NCBI RefSeq assembly: GCF_000621645.1
Contig: NZ_JHXR01000011.1
Location: 1 to 32,000 of the forward strand
Source: Vibrio cholerae ATCC 14035
GTDB taxonomy: Bacteria > Pseudomonadota > Gammaproteobacteria > Enterobacterales > Vibrionaceae
Direction of reading: 5' to 3'
DNA: 32,000 bases
In this document: positions 16,406-26,701 of the stretch, one piece after another
Layout of the letters: each line of letters opens with the position of its first letter
How positions within the stretch are numbered: position 1 is the first letter of the stretch
The notes under the pieces: generated by a model
Database searches by the model: none
What the model saw: only the letters and a program-made list of their open reading frames with translations
Told to the model about the DNA's origin: nothing
Position numbers and translations under genes: made by a program

Positions 16406-18034
16406 TTAGTCGAGCTTTGGGCCCGCGGCAACCAGTGCTTTACCTTCGGCGTTATCTGTGTACTTGTCGAAGTTGTTGATGAAGCGCGTTGCCAAGTCTT
16501 TGGCTTTGCTTTCCCACTGCAGTGGGTCAACATAAGTATCACGTGGGTCGAGGATCATAGGATCGACGCCGGGCAGTGCGGTGGGCACTTGCAGATTAAA
16601 GATTGGGATATGTTTGGTTTCCGCTTTTTCGATCGAACCATCCAAAATCGCATCGATAATACCGCGCGTATCTTTAATTGAGATGCGCTTACCGCTGCCG
16701 TTCCAACCTGTGTTAACCAGATAGGCTTCGGCGCCCGCTGCTTCCATACGTTTTACCAGCACTTCTGCATACTGAGTTGGGTGCAGAGTGAGGAACGCTG
16801 CGCCAAAACAGGCGGAGAAGGTTGGGGTAGGTTCAGTAATGCCACGCTCAGTACCTGCCAGTTTAGCCGTAAAGCCAGACAAGAAGTGGTACTTGGTTTG
16901 CTCTGGCGTCAGTTTTGAAACTGGAGGCAATACGCCAAACGCATCGGCAGACAGGAAGATCACCTTAGTCGCATGACCGCCTTTGGAAACTGGTTTTACG
17001 ATGTTGTCGATGTGATAAATAGGGTAAGAAACACGGGTGTTCTCGGTTTTTGAACCATCATCAAAATCAATCGAACCATCACTACGAACCGTGACGTTTT
17101 CCAGTAGAGCATCACGGCGGATCGCGTTATAGATATCCGGCTCTGCTTCTTTAGACAGCTTGATGGTTTTCGCGTAGCAGCCGCCTTCAAAGTTGAACAC
17201 GCCATCATCATCCCAGCCGTGCTCATCGTCACCAATTAACGCACGTTTTGGATCGGTGGATAGGGTGGTTTTACCCGTACCAGAAAGACCGAAGAAGATG
17301 GCGACATCGCCCGCTTTACCCATGTTGGCAGAGCAGTGCATAGAGGCAATGCCTTGTAGCGGCAGGAAGTAGTTCATCATCGCGAACATACCTTTTTTCA
17401 TCTCACCGCCGTACCAAGTACCGCCGATGAGCTGCATGCGCTCGGTCAGGTTAAACACAGTGAAGTTTTCTGAGTTCAGACCGTGCTCTTTCCACTTCGC
17501 ATTGGTACATTTTGCGCCGTTCATTACGACAAAGTCTGGTTTAAAGTGTGCCAGCTCTTCTTCGCTTGGACGAATGAACATGTTTTTCACAAAGTGTGCT
17601 TGCCATGCTACTTCGGTGATGAAGCGAACACTTAAGCGAGTATCGGCGTTGGCACCACAGTAGCCATCGAGCACAAATACGCGTTTACCAGAAAGCTGCT
17701 TGGTCACCAAGGCTTTCAGGTCATTCCACACTTCTTGATTGATCGGTTTGTTGTCGTTTTTCGCTTTGTCTGACGTCCACCACAGCGTATCGCGAGTGGT
17801 ATCATCTTTAACGATAAACTTATCTTTTGGTGAGCGGCCAGTGAAGATGCCAGTATCAACCGCAACAGCACCCAATTCAGTCACCACACCACGTTCATAA
17901 CCTTCGAGATCTGAACGGGTTTCTTCGGCAAATAACATTTCATAGCTCGGGTTACGAACCAGTTCAGTTACGCCGGTGATCCCATATTGGGCTAGGTCGA
18001 TTTGTGCAGCCTTAGTATGTTCCATAACGGTCAT
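16406..18034 (-). CDS. pckA: Phosphoenolpyruvate carboxykinase (ATP)
   Basis: The 542-aa ORF matches ATP-dependent PckA along its full length. The kinase-1a P-loop [13 protein letters not shown] and the motif LIGDDEHGW are present. An AAGGAG Shine-Dalgarno sequence lies 5-6 nt before the ATG. Confidence 0.97.
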
Positions 18035-18310
18035 AGGTGCTCCTTGTAGGATTTTGTAGGGATTTTGTAAGATTTTATGTAATTGTTATCTATAGACCAT
18101 GCTAGCAACGGACCAGAGATAAAACAGGGAGGCAGCTCAAATATTGCCCACCAAGTTTCTGTGGTTTTAGGTAACTCGTCACATATATTGGCATCGATAT
18201 TTTATCGCGTGCGCAAACCTTTGCGCCAGTAGCACAAGATTAATACTTTACAGAAATTAAGTACGGCGTACTGTTGTTAGGTTCTTTGATTTTATTGATT
18301 TTTTAGCATG

Positions 18311-18336
18311 AAAAAGCCAGCGATAAGCTGGCTTTT
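18311..18336 (-). terminator. Terminator downstream of hslO (hairpin flanked by A5 and T4, potentially bidirectional)
   Basis: aaaaagccagc-gataa-gctggctttt, 35 nt past the hslO stop codon. Confidence 0.75.
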
Positions 18337-18370
18337 GGGCGGTTTTTACGTGCTTGTTAAACGTAGCGAA

Positions 18371-19261
18371 TTAATGCAAGGTTGAACCGTTCGCCGATGA
18401 GGGGGCATACAATTCAGCGACTTGCGCAGAGTCAAACGAGTAGGTCGTACCGCAATAATCACAATGCAGAGCGACGGCACCATCTTGAGCAAGAATATCG
18501 TTAATCTCTTCACGTGCGACGGTCACAATCGCGGCAGCACTGCGTTCACGTGAGCAGCCACAACGGAAGCTGATCTGTTGTGGTGTGAACAGTTGCACCG
18601 TCTCTTGGTTGTAAAGACGATACAGCAACTCTTCTGCTGGCAGCGCAAAAAGCTCTTCATCCTTGATGGTGTTAGTTAATTGTTCTAGATGCTCGAAATC
18701 TTCAGCTGAACCTTTACCATCGGGTACGATTTGCAGCAACATGCCTGCGGCACAAGCTTTCCCATCGTGTTTGCCAACACGTATCCATAAACGGGTCTTA
18801 AGCTGCTCCGAACGTTCAAAATAACCTTCCAACACTTGTGCTAAGGTGTCGCCTTCCAAACCGACCACACCTTGATAGCGCTCGCCTTGCTTAGGTTCAA
18901 TGGTGATGACCAGATGACCTTTGCCAAGCATGTCATGTAGGCTTGCATCATCCGCAATATCACCTTTCCAGCGAGCCACGCCACGCACTTGTTGGTTGTT
19001 ATCGCCGTTGATGACCACGAGAGAGACCGGTCCATTACCTTGCAGTTGCAGGGTGATTGAGCCTTCAAACTTCAGCGTCGCTGTCAGCAGTGAGGTGGCG
19101 ACCAGTAGTTCACCGATGAGGTGTTGTACGGCGGCAGGGTATTCCTGACTGGAAATCATCTGTTGGTAAGTGTCGTCCAGTTGAACCAACTCACCACGTA
19201 CAGAAAGGTCTTTAAATAGATAGCGATGTAGCATGTTGTTCGCCATTGATTGTGTCGTCAT
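18371..19261 (-). CDS. hslO: Redox-regulated chaperone Hsp33
   Basis: 296-aa ORF. The N-terminal [16 protein letters not shown] matches E. coli LHRYLFENFAVRGELV. The C-terminal zinc/redox switch cysteines are present: CGCS (FRCGCSRE) and CDYCG. Confidence 0.95.
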   Translation of the reverse strand: MTTQSMANNMLHRYLFKDLSVRGELVQLDDTYQQMISSQEYPAAVQHLIGELLVATSLLTATLKFEGSITLQLQGNGPVSLVVINGDNNQQVRGVARWKGDIADDASLHDMLGKGHLVITIEPKQGERYQGVVGLEGDTLAQVLEGYFERSEQLKTRLWIRVGKHDGKACAAGMLLQIVPDGKGSAEDFEHLEQLTNTIKDEELFALPAEELLYRLYNQETVQLFTPQQISFRCGCSRERSAAAIVTVAREEINDILAQDGAVALHCDYCGTTYSFDSAQVAELYAPSSANGSTLH

Positions 19262-19279
19262 AAGGAATAATCCGGCTAT

Positions 19280-19663
19280 TTACTGATGGATGAATTTGAG
19301 TAGATCTCGGCGCTGTTTCTTGTCAGGACGTCGATCCGGACTCGGGTTGAGTTGGCGCATCATGGCATTGCGTTCACGTTTGGTGATGCTTTTGGCCGTT
19401 TCGCGATAGAGCTGTTGTGCTTCAGGTGCCCCACGGCGTTGGTCTGAGATCTTTTCAATAATGATCGTTTTCTCATCATGACCTTGACGCAATGTGATTT
19501 GCGCTCCAATTTCAACCGATTTGCTGGGTTTGGCGCGCTGGCCATTATAGTGGACTTTGCCCCCTTCGACCATATTTCGCGCGAGCGAGCGTGTTTTGTA
19601 AAATCTTGCTGCCCACAGCCATTTATCCAGTCTCACCTCTTCTGCGCTGGAACTCATTGCCAC
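19280..19663 (-). CDS. hslR: Heat-shock protein 15, S4-domain ribosome-associated RNA-binding protein
   Basis: VRLDKWLWAARFYKTRSLARNMVEGGKVHYNGQRAKPSK is near-identical to E. coli HslR. The track start is GTG 19663; ATG 19657 is an alternative. Confidence 0.93.
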   Translation of the reverse strand: MAMSSSAEEVRLDKWLWAARFYKTRSLARNMVEGGKVHYNGQRAKPSKSVEIGAQITLRQGHDEKTIIIEKISDQRRGAPEAQQLYRETAKSITKRERNAMMRQLNPSPDRRPDKKQRRDLLKFIHQ

Positions 19664-19708
19664 ATTGCCTCTCTAAGCTTATTACATTTGACTATTATTC
19701 ATGCTTAA

Positions 19709-19737
19709 CAATGGTGTTTGCAGGGCTGTTTTTCAAG
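19709..19737 (-). promoter_or_regulatory. sigma32 (heat-shock) type promoter for hslR-hslO
   Basis: The minus strand reads CTTGAAA-N14-CACCATTG, against the sigma32 consensus CTTGAAA-N13-15-CCCCATNT. The -10 element ends about 45 nt upstream of the hslR start. Confidence 0.65.
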
Positions 19738-19886
19738 CAAGTCGACAATTTAACGTTTGAGACACTTCGCTCCACTATGCTTGTGTTATATTGCGATGCC
19801 TGCATAAAGTATTGAAAAACATCTGTACAAACAGATTTGCGCAATATGAAGCGTAAAAAGTACAGAAAGGAATAACGTGGAAATTT

Positions 19887-20804
19887 ATGGAATTTAAACA
19901 ACTTCCTCCGTTGGCAGCGTGGCCGCGTTTATTGAGCCAGAATACGCTGCGGTGGCAAAAGCCGATCAGCGAAGGATTAACGCTACTGTTATTAGTTGCT
20001 TCGGCGTGGACGCTGGGCAAGATGGTGTGGGTCGTCTCGGCTGAACAAACACCAGTGCCGACTTGGAGCCCCACGTTATCAGGGCTTAAGGCCGAACGTC
20101 AGCCACTCGATATCAGCGTATTGCAAAAAGGTGAGCTGTTTGGTGTGTTTACTGAGCCGAAAGAAGCTCCGGTTGTGGAGCAACCTGTGGTGGTGGATGC
20201 TCCGAAAACGCGCTTGAGCCTTGTGCTGTCTGGTGTGGTGGCGAGTAATGATGCGCAAAAAAGTTTGGCTGTTATCGCCAATCGTGGTGTGCAAGCGACG
20301 TATGGCATTAATGAAGTGATTGAAGGGACTCAGGCCAAGCTAAAAGCCGTGATGCCGGATCGGGTCATCATCAGCAACTCCGGGCGTGATGAAACCTTGA
20401 TGCTTGAAGGGTTAGACTACACCGCGCCTGCGACGGCTTCGGTATCCAACCCTCCGCGTCCACGACCCAATCAACCTAATGCTGTGCCGCAGTTTGAGGA
20501 TAAAGTGGATGCAATTCGTGAAGCAATCGCACGAAATCCGCAGGAAATTTTTCAATATGTGCGCCTATCTCAGGTAAAACGCGATGACAAAGTACTCGGC
20601 TATCGCGTCAGTCCCGGTAAAGATCCGGTACTGTTTGAATCAATAGGTTTACAAGATGGCGATATGGCAGTGGCACTGAATGGCCTAGATCTGACCGATC
20701 CTAATGTAATGAACACGCTATTTCAGTCGATGAATGAGATGACTGAAATGAGTCTGACCGTTGAGCGTGATGGTCAACAACATGATGTATATATTCAATT
20801 TTAA
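19887..20804 (+). CDS. epsC: Type II secretion system protein C (inner-membrane anchor, HR domain, C-terminal PDZ)
   Basis: I recognise the 305-aa ORF as V. cholerae EpsC (MEFKQLPPLAAWPRLLSQ...). It has a TM segment (GLTLLLLVASAWTLG) and a PDZ-like C-terminus (GYRVSPGKDPVLFESIGLQDGDMAVALNG). It is the first gene of the C-to-N operon. Confidence 0.95.
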   Translation: MEFKQLPPLAAWPRLLSQNTLRWQKPISEGLTLLLLVASAWTLGKMVWVVSAEQTPVPTWSPTLSGLKAERQPLDISVLQKGELFGVFTEPKEAPVVEQPVVVDAPKTRLSLVLSGVVASNDAQKSLAVIANRGVQATYGINEVIEGTQAKLKAVMPDRVIISNSGRDETLMLEGLDYTAPATASVSNPPRPRPNQPNAVPQFEDKVDAIREAIARNPQEIFQYVRLSQVKRDDKVLGYRVSPGKDPVLFESIGLQDGDMAVALNGLDLTDPNVMNTLFQSMNEMTEMSLTVERDGQQHDVYIQF

Positions 20805-20849
20805 CGCTAAGGCGAGTAACGACGCCTTAGTGAGGCAAGGGAGTTCCCA

Positions 20850-22874
20850 GTGAAATATTGGCTGAAAAAAAGTTCATGGCTGTTGGCGGGCAGTTTGCTG
20901 TCTACCCCTCTAGCGATGGCAAACGAGTTTAGCGCCAGCTTTAAAGGCACCGACATTCAAGAATTTATCAATATTGTGGGACGCAATCTTGAGAAAACCA
21001 TCATTGTCGACCCTTCGGTACGCGGCAAAGTCGATGTGCGCAGTTTTGATACCTTAAACGAAGAGCAATATTACAGTTTCTTCCTCAGTGTGCTCGAAGT
21101 GTACGGTTTCGCCGTCGTTGAAATGGATAATGGCGTACTGAAAGTCATCAAATCGAAAGATGCAAAGACCTCAGCCATTCCGGTGTTGAGTGGTGAAGAG
21201 CGCGCCAATGGCGATGAAGTCATTACCCAAGTGGTCGCGGTGAAAAACGTTTCCGTACGCGAGTTGTCCCCTTTGCTGCGCCAACTGATTGATAACGCAG
21301 GGGCGGGGAACGTAGTGCACTACGATCCGGCGAACATCATTTTGATCACGGGGCGAGCTGCGGTAGTGAACCGTTTAGCGGAAATTATTCGTCGCGTTGA
21401 CCAAGCCGGTGACAAAGAGATTGAAGTGGTTGAGCTTAATAATGCATCGGCAGCTGAAATGGTGCGGATTGTTGAAGCGCTCAACAAAACGACAGACGCG
21501 CAAAACACCCCTGAATTCTTAAAGCCCAAGTTTGTGGCAGACGAGCGTACCAACTCGATTTTGATTTCTGGCGATCCTAAAGTGCGCGAGCGCCTCAAGC
21601 GTCTGATCAAGCAGTTGGATGTTGAGATGGCGGCCAAAGGCAATAACCGCGTGGTGTATTTGAAATACGCCAAAGCTGAAGATCTGGTCGAAGTACTGAA
21701 AGGGGTGTCTGAGAACCTGCAAGCGGAAAAAGGCACCGGACAGCCGACCACTTCAAAACGTAATGAAGTGATGATTGCCGCGCACGCTGACACCAACTCG
21801 TTAGTGCTTACTGCGCCGCAAGACATTATGAATGCGATGCTGGAAGTGATTGGACAGCTAGATATTCGCCGTGCGCAAGTGTTGATTGAAGCGCTGATTG
21901 TCGAAATGGCAGAGGGCGATGGGATCAACCTTGGTGTGCAGTGGGGCTCGCTGGAAAGTGGTTCAGTTATCCAATATGGCAACACTGGCGCGTCGATTGG
22001 CAATGTGATGATTGGTCTTGAAGAAGCCAAAGACACAACCCAAACCAAAGCGGTTTATGATACTAATAACAACTTCTTGAGAAATGAAACGACGACCACC
22101 AAAGGGGATTACACCAAGTTAGCCTCTGCATTGTCGAGCATTCAAGGTGCTGCAGTCAGCATCGCGATGGGCGACTGGACGGCCTTAATCAACGCGGTCT
22201 CTAATGATTCCAGCTCGAATATCCTGTCATCACCCAGCATTACGGTGATGGATAACGGTGAAGCCTCCTTTATCGTGGGTGAAGAAGTGCCGGTTATCAC
22301 AGGTTCTACTGCAGGCTCTAATAACGACAACCCATTCCAAACCGTGGATCGTAAAGAAGTCGGTATCAAGCTTAAAGTGGTGCCGCAGATCAACGAAGGT
22401 AACTCAGTCCAGCTCAATATTGAGCAAGAAGTCTCGAACGTGTTGGGCGCCAATGGAGCGGTAGACGTGCGTTTTGCGAAGCGTCAGCTCAACACTTCTG
22501 TGATGGTGCAAGATGGGCAGATGTTGGTGCTCGGCGGTTTGATTGATGAGCGAGCTCTTGAGAGTGAGTCGAAAGTCCCGCTCTTGGGGGATATTCCTCT
22601 GCTGGGTCAACTGTTCCGCTCAACCAGCTCGCAAGTGGAAAAGAAAAACCTGATGGTGTTTATCAAGCCGACCATTATTCGTGATGGCGTGACGGCCGAT
22701 GGCATCACCCAACGTAAATACAACTACATCCGCGCCGAGCAACTGTTCCGCGCCGAAAAAGGTTTACGTCTGCTGGATGATGCTAGCGTGCCTGTGTTGC
22801 CGAAATTTGGCGATGACCGCCGCCATTCACCTGAAATTCAAGCCTTTATTGAGCAGATGGAAGCCAAGCAATGA
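20850..22874 (+). CDS. epsD: Type II secretion system secretin GspD
   Basis: 674-aa ORF with a signal peptide ending in LAMA. It has N0-N3 periplasmic domains and a C-terminal secretin core ([16 protein letters not shown]...[10 protein letters not shown]). The start is GTG with an AAGGGAG Shine-Dalgarno sequence. Confidence 0.96.
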   Translation: MKYWLKKSSWLLAGSLLSTPLAMANEFSASFKGTDIQEFINIVGRNLEKTIIVDPSVRGKVDVRSFDTLNEEQYYSFFLSVLEVYGFAVVEMDNGVLKVIKSKDAKTSAIPVLSGEERANGDEVITQVVAVKNVSVRELSPLLRQLIDNAGAGNVVHYDPANIILITGRAAVVNRLAEIIRRVDQAGDKEIEVVELNNASAAEMVRIVEALNKTTDAQNTPEFLKPKFVADERTNSILISGDPKVRERLKRLIKQLDVEMAAKGNNRVVYLKYAKAEDLVEVLKGVSENLQAEKGTGQPTTSKRNEVMIAAHADTNSLVLTAPQDIMNAMLEVIGQLDIRRAQVLIEALIVEMAEGDGINLGVQWGSLESGSVIQYGNTGASIGNVMIGLEEAKDTTQTKAVYDTNNNFLRNETTTTKGDYTKLASALSSIQGAAVSIAMGDWTALINAVSNDSSSNILSSPSITVMDNGEASFIVGEEVPVITGSTAGSNNDNPFQTVDRKEVGIKLKVVPQINEGNSVQLNIEQEVSNVLGANGAVDVRFAKRQLNTSVMVQDGQMLVLGGLIDERALESESKVPLLGDIPLLGQLFRSTSSQVEKKNLMVFIKPTIIRDGVTADGITQRKYNYIRAEQLFRAEKGLRLLDDASVPVLPKFGDDRRHSPEIQAFIEQMEAKQ

Positions 22875-24382
22875 CCGAAATGGTGATCTCTCCAGCTGAG
22901 CGACAGTCGATTCGTCGTCTGCCCTTTAGCTTCGCCAATCGCTTTAAGTTGGTGCTGGATTGGAATGAGGATTTCTCCCAAGCCAGCATTTATTACTTAG
23001 CGCCGTTGTCGATGGAGGCGCTCGTCGAAACCAAGCGGGTGGTCAAGCACGCTTTCCAACTGATTGAGCTCTCTCAAGCGGAGTTTGAAAGCAAGCTAAC
23101 CCAAGTCTATCAGCGTGATTCTTCAGAAGCGCGTCAATTGATGGAAGACATTGGTGCCGACAGTGATGACTTCTTCTCACTGGCGGAAGAGCTGCCTCAA
23201 AACGAAGATTTGCTAGAAAGTGAAGATGATGCGCCGATCATCAAACTGATCAACGCCATGTTGGGCGAAGCGATCAAAGAAGGCGCGTCAGATATTCACA
23301 TTGAAACTTTTGAAAAAACACTGTCGATCCGTTTTCGAGTCGATGGCGTGCTGCGCGAAGTACTGGCACCCAGCCGCAAACTCTCATCGCTGCTCGTTTC
23401 ACGGGTCAAAGTGATGGCCAAGCTCGACATTGCCGAAAAACGTGTGCCGCAAGATGGCCGTATTTCGCTGCGTATCGGTGGCCGCGCGGTCGATGTGCGG
23501 GTTTCAACCATGCCTTCATCACATGGTGAGCGAGTGGTAATGCGTTTGCTGGATAAAAACGCGACGCGCCTTGATCTGCACAGTTTGGGTATGACGGCGC
23601 ATAACCATGATAATTTCCGCCGTTTGATTAAGCGGCCGCATGGGATCATTCTGGTGACTGGCCCAACCGGCTCGGGTAAATCGACCACCTTGTACGCGGG
23701 TTTGCAAGAGCTCAACAGCAGCGAGCGCAACATTTTAACCGTAGAAGATCCGATCGAATTTGATATTGATGGTATCGGTCAGACCCAAGTCAACCCAAGG
23801 GTAGACATGACCTTCGCACGGGGGCTACGCGCTATTTTGCGTCAAGACCCCGATGTGGTGATGGTGGGGGAAATTCGTGATTTGGAAACGGCGCAAATTG
23901 CAGTGCAAGCCTCGCTGACTGGTCACTTAGTGATGTCGACTCTGCACACCAACACGGCCGTTGGGGCGGTGACTCGGCTGCGCGATATGGGCATCGAGCC
24001 TTTTTTGATCTCCTCTTCACTGCTCGGTGTTCTGGCTCAGCGCTTGGTGCGCACCTTATGCCCAGATTGCAAAGAGCCTTACGAGGCGGACAAAGAGCAG
24101 CGCAAACTGTTTGATAGCAAGAAAAAAGAACCGCTGATCCTTTATCGTGCAACGGGCTGCCCTAAATGTAACCACAAAGGTTACCGTGGCCGAACCGGTA
24201 TCCACGAGCTGCTGCTGGTGGATGACGCGTTGCAGGAGCTGATCCATAGCGAGGCGGGCGAACAGGCGATGGAGAAACACATTCGCGCGACCACGCCGAG
24301 CATTCGTGATGATGGTCTAGATAAGGTGCGCCAAGGCATTACTTCGCTAGAAGAAGTGATGCGGGTGACTAAGGAGTCCTAA
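22871..24382 (+). CDS. epsE: Type II secretion ATPase GspE
   Basis: 503-aa ORF. It has Walker [10 protein letters not shown], Walker [13 protein letters not shown], the His box and the tetracysteine zinc motif CPDC...CPKC. The ATG overlaps the epsD stop codon (ATGA). Confidence 0.97.
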   Translation: MTEMVISPAERQSIRRLPFSFANRFKLVLDWNEDFSQASIYYLAPLSMEALVETKRVVKHAFQLIELSQAEFESKLTQVYQRDSSEARQLMEDIGADSDDFFSLAEELPQNEDLLESEDDAPIIKLINAMLGEAIKEGASDIHIETFEKTLSIRFRVDGVLREVLAPSRKLSSLLVSRVKVMAKLDIAEKRVPQDGRISLRIGGRAVDVRVSTMPSSHGERVVMRLLDKNATRLDLHSLGMTAHNHDNFRRLIKRPHGIILVTGPTGSGKSTTLYAGLQELNSSERNILTVEDPIEFDIDGIGQTQVNPRVDMTFARGLRAILRQDPDVVMVGEIRDLETAQIAVQASLTGHLVMSTLHTNTAVGAVTRLRDMGIEPFLISSSLLGVLAQRLVRTLCPDCKEPYEADKEQRKLFDSKKKEPLILYRATGCPKCNHKGYRGRTGIHELLLVDDALQELIHSEAGEQAMEKHIRATTPSIRDDGLDKVRQGITSLEEVMRVTKES

Positions 24383-25602
24383 TGGCCGCGTTTGAATACA
24401 AAGCGCTGGATGCCAAGGGACGCCATAAAAAAGGCGTGATTGAGGGCGATAATGCACGTCAGGTGCGTCAGCGCCTGAAAGAGCAAAGCCTAGTGCCGAT
24501 GGAGGTGGTGGAGACTCAAGTCAAAGCCGCGCGCAGTCGCAGCCAAGGTTTTGCGTTTAAGCGTGGGATCAGTACGCCGGATCTGGCGCTGATCACTCGC
24601 CAATTGGCGACTTTAGTTCAATCCGGTATGCCACTGGAAGAGTGTTTACGCGCGGTTGCCGAGCAGTCGGAAAAACCGCGGATTCGCACCATGTTGGTGG
24701 CGGTGCGCGCTAAAGTGACCGAAGGTTACACCCTCTCTGATAGTCTTGGCGATTATCCGCACGTGTTTGATGAGCTGTTTCGTTCTATGGTTGCGGCGGG
24801 CGAAAAATCTGGCCACCTCGATTCCGTTCTCGAACGTTTAGCTGACTACGCCGAAAACCGCCAGAAAATGCGCTCTAAACTGCAACAGGCCATGATTTAC
24901 CCTGTGGTGCTGGTGGTGTTTGCGGTCGGTATCGTGGCGTTTTTGTTGGCAGCGGTAGTGCCGAAAATCGTGGGTCAGTTTGTGCAAATGGGGCAAGCCT
25001 TGCCGGCATCGACTCAGTTTCTGCTTGATGCCAGCGATTTCCTGCAACATTGGGGGATTTCGCTGCTGGTCGGTCTCTTGATGCTGATTTATCTGGTGCG
25101 CTGGTTGCTGACCAAGCCCGATATTCGTTTGCGTTGGGATCGCCGAGTGATTTCCTTGCCTGTGATTGGCAAGATTGCACGCGGTCTGAATACTGCGCGC
25201 TTTGCGCGTACGCTGTCGATCTGTACCTCAAGTGCAATCCCGATTCTGGATGGTATGCGCGTTGCGGTGGATGTGATGACCAATCAGTTTGTGAAACAGC
25301 AAGTGTTGGCTGCGGCCGAAAACGTACGCGAAGGCTCTAGCCTGCGCAAAGCGCTAGAGCAGACCAAGCTCTTTCCTCCCATGATGCTGCACATGATTGC
25401 CAGTGGTGAGCAGAGTGGAGAATTGGAAGGCATGTTGACGCGCGCTGCGGATAACCAAGACAACAGTTTTGAATCAACGGTCAACATCGCGCTTGGCATT
25501 TTTACCCCGGCCTTGATTGCCTTGATGGCGGGGATGGTGCTGTTTATTGTGATGGCGACCCTGATGCCGATTTTGGAAATGAATAACTTAATGAGTCGTT
25601 AA
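24382..25602 (+). CDS. epsF: Type II secretion inner-membrane platform protein GspF
   Basis: 406-aa ORF with three TM segments and duplicated GspF cytoplasmic domains. The start overlaps the epsE stop codon (TAATG). Confidence 0.95.
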   Translation: MAAFEYKALDAKGRHKKGVIEGDNARQVRQRLKEQSLVPMEVVETQVKAARSRSQGFAFKRGISTPDLALITRQLATLVQSGMPLEECLRAVAEQSEKPRIRTMLVAVRAKVTEGYTLSDSLGDYPHVFDELFRSMVAAGEKSGHLDSVLERLADYAENRQKMRSKLQQAMIYPVVLVVFAVGIVAFLLAAVVPKIVGQFVQMGQALPASTQFLLDASDFLQHWGISLLVGLLMLIYLVRWLLTKPDIRLRWDRRVISLPVIGKIARGLNTARFARTLSICTSSAIPILDGMRVAVDVMTNQFVKQQVLAAAENVREGSSLRKALEQTKLFPPMMLHMIASGEQSGELEGMLTRAADNQDNSFESTVNIALGIFTPALIALMAGMVLFIVMATLMPILEMNNLMSR

Positions 25603-25642
25603 GTCGTCACGCGCGGCGAAAACGACATAGTGTGGAGTAACT

Positions 25643-26083
25643 ATGAAAAAAATGCGTAAACAAACGGGCTTTACCCTGCTCGAAGTAATGGTGGTTGTGG
25701 TGATTTTGGGCATTCTGGCCAGCTTTGTTGTCCCCAACCTCTTAGGTAACAAAGAGAAAGCGGATCAACAGAAAGCGGTGACCGATATCGTCGCGCTGGA
25801 AAATGCGTTGGATATGTACAAGCTTGACAACAGCGTTTACCCGACGACTGATCAAGGTTTGGAAGCGTTAGTGACTAAGCCAACCAATCCAGAGCCGCGT
25901 AACTATCGCGAAGGCGGTTACATCAAGCGTCTGCCTAAAGATCCTTGGGGTAACGACTACCAATACTTGAGCCCAGGCGATAAAGGCACGATTGATGTGT
26001 TCACCTTAGGTGCGGACGGTCAAGAAGGTGGTGAAGGTACCGGTGCCGATATCGGTAACTGGAATATCCAAGATTTTCAATAA
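25643..26083 (+). CDS. epsG: Major pseudopilin GspG
   Basis: The prepilin leader MKKMRKQTG|FTLLEVMVVVVILGILA has Glu at +5. The calcium-site region at the C-terminus is conserved. Total length is 146 aa. Confidence 0.96.
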   Translation: MKKMRKQTGFTLLEVMVVVVILGILASFVVPNLLGNKEKADQQKAVTDIVALENALDMYKLDNSVYPTTDQGLEALVTKPTNPEPRNYREGGYIKRLPKDPWGNDYQYLSPGDKGTIDVFTLGADGQEGGEGTGADIGNWNIQDFQ

Positions 26084-26116
26084 GCTTGGCTAATTAGCGG
26101 TAACTGACGGAACCTT

Positions 26117-26701
26117 ATGACAGCGACACGCGGTTTTACTTTGTTGGAAATTTTGCTGGTGCTGGTGCTGGTTTCGGCCAGTGCGGTGGCGGTCATCGCC
26201 ACCTTTCCGGTTTCCGTCAAAGATGAAGCCAAAATCAGTGCGCAGAGTTTTTATCAGCGTCTGTTGCTGCTCAATGAGGAAGCGATTCTCAGCGGGCAAG
26301 ATTTTGGCGTGCGGATCGATGTCGATACGCGCCGTCTCACTTTTTTGCAACTCACCGCCGACAAAGGTTGGCAAAAGTGGCAAAACGACAAGATGACCAA
26401 CCAAACCACCCTTAAAGAAGGGTTACAGCTCGACTTTGAACTCGGTGGTGGCGCTTGGCAAAAAGACGATCGTCTGTTTAATCCCGGCTCTCTGTTTGAT
26501 GAAGAGATGTTTGCCGATGAGAAAAAAGAGCAAAAACAGGAACCGGCTCCGCAACTGTTTGTGCTATCGAGTGGCGAAGTGACCCCATTTACGCTGAGCA
26601 TTTTCCCTAAAGGGCAGGAGCCCGATGAGCAGTGGCGAGTGACCGCGCAAGAAAATGGCACTCTGCGTCTACTGGCTCCGGGAGAAAGTGATGAAGAGTA
26701 A
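26117..26701 (+). CDS. epsH: Minor pseudopilin GspH
   Basis: Leader MTATRG|FTLLEILLVLVLV; 194 aa; it occupies the position after epsG. Confidence 0.93.
   Translation: MTATRGFTLLEILLVLVLVSASAVAVIATFPVSVKDEAKISAQSFYQRLLLLNEEAILSGQDFGVRIDVDTRRLTFLQLTADKGWQKWQNDKMTNQTTLKEGLQLDFELGGGAWQKDDRLFNPGSLFDEEMFADEKKEQKQEPAPQLFVLSSGEVTPFTLSIFPKGQEPDEQWRVTAQENGTLRLLAPGESDEE

Noticed and set aside
18168-18183. Possible CRP site upstream of pckA (taggtaactcgTCACA)
   Set aside because: Only one half-site (TCACA) matches; the left half is 2/5. This is too weak to call without comparative or experimental data.
21320-22048. 242-aa antisense ORF inside epsD, plus many 60-145-aa antisense or out-of-frame ORFs inside typA, glnA, ntrC, epsE, epsF, pckA and other genes
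   Set aside because: These are shadow ORFs on the opposite strand or in an alternative frame of strongly supported genes. Their compositions are low-complexity (S/T/A/R-rich), and they have no motifs and no independent start signals.
26128-26143. Exact 16-nt direct repeat acgcggttttactttg, occurring again at 26702-26717
   Set aside because: Paralogous coding of the conserved prepilin leader/N-terminus (TRGFTL / KRGFTL) in epsH and epsI explains it. It is not a mobile-element or recombination repeat.
26655-26690. Upstream extensions of epsI (26655), epsK (27677), epsL (28653), epsN (30373), ntrC (5588), the ATPase (11366) and yiiD (13359) from GTG/TTG track starts
   Set aside because: Downstream ATG or GTG codons have better Shine-Dalgarno spacing. 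They also give canonical prepilin leaders or family-typical N-termini. The extensions are artefacts of taking the longest ORF.
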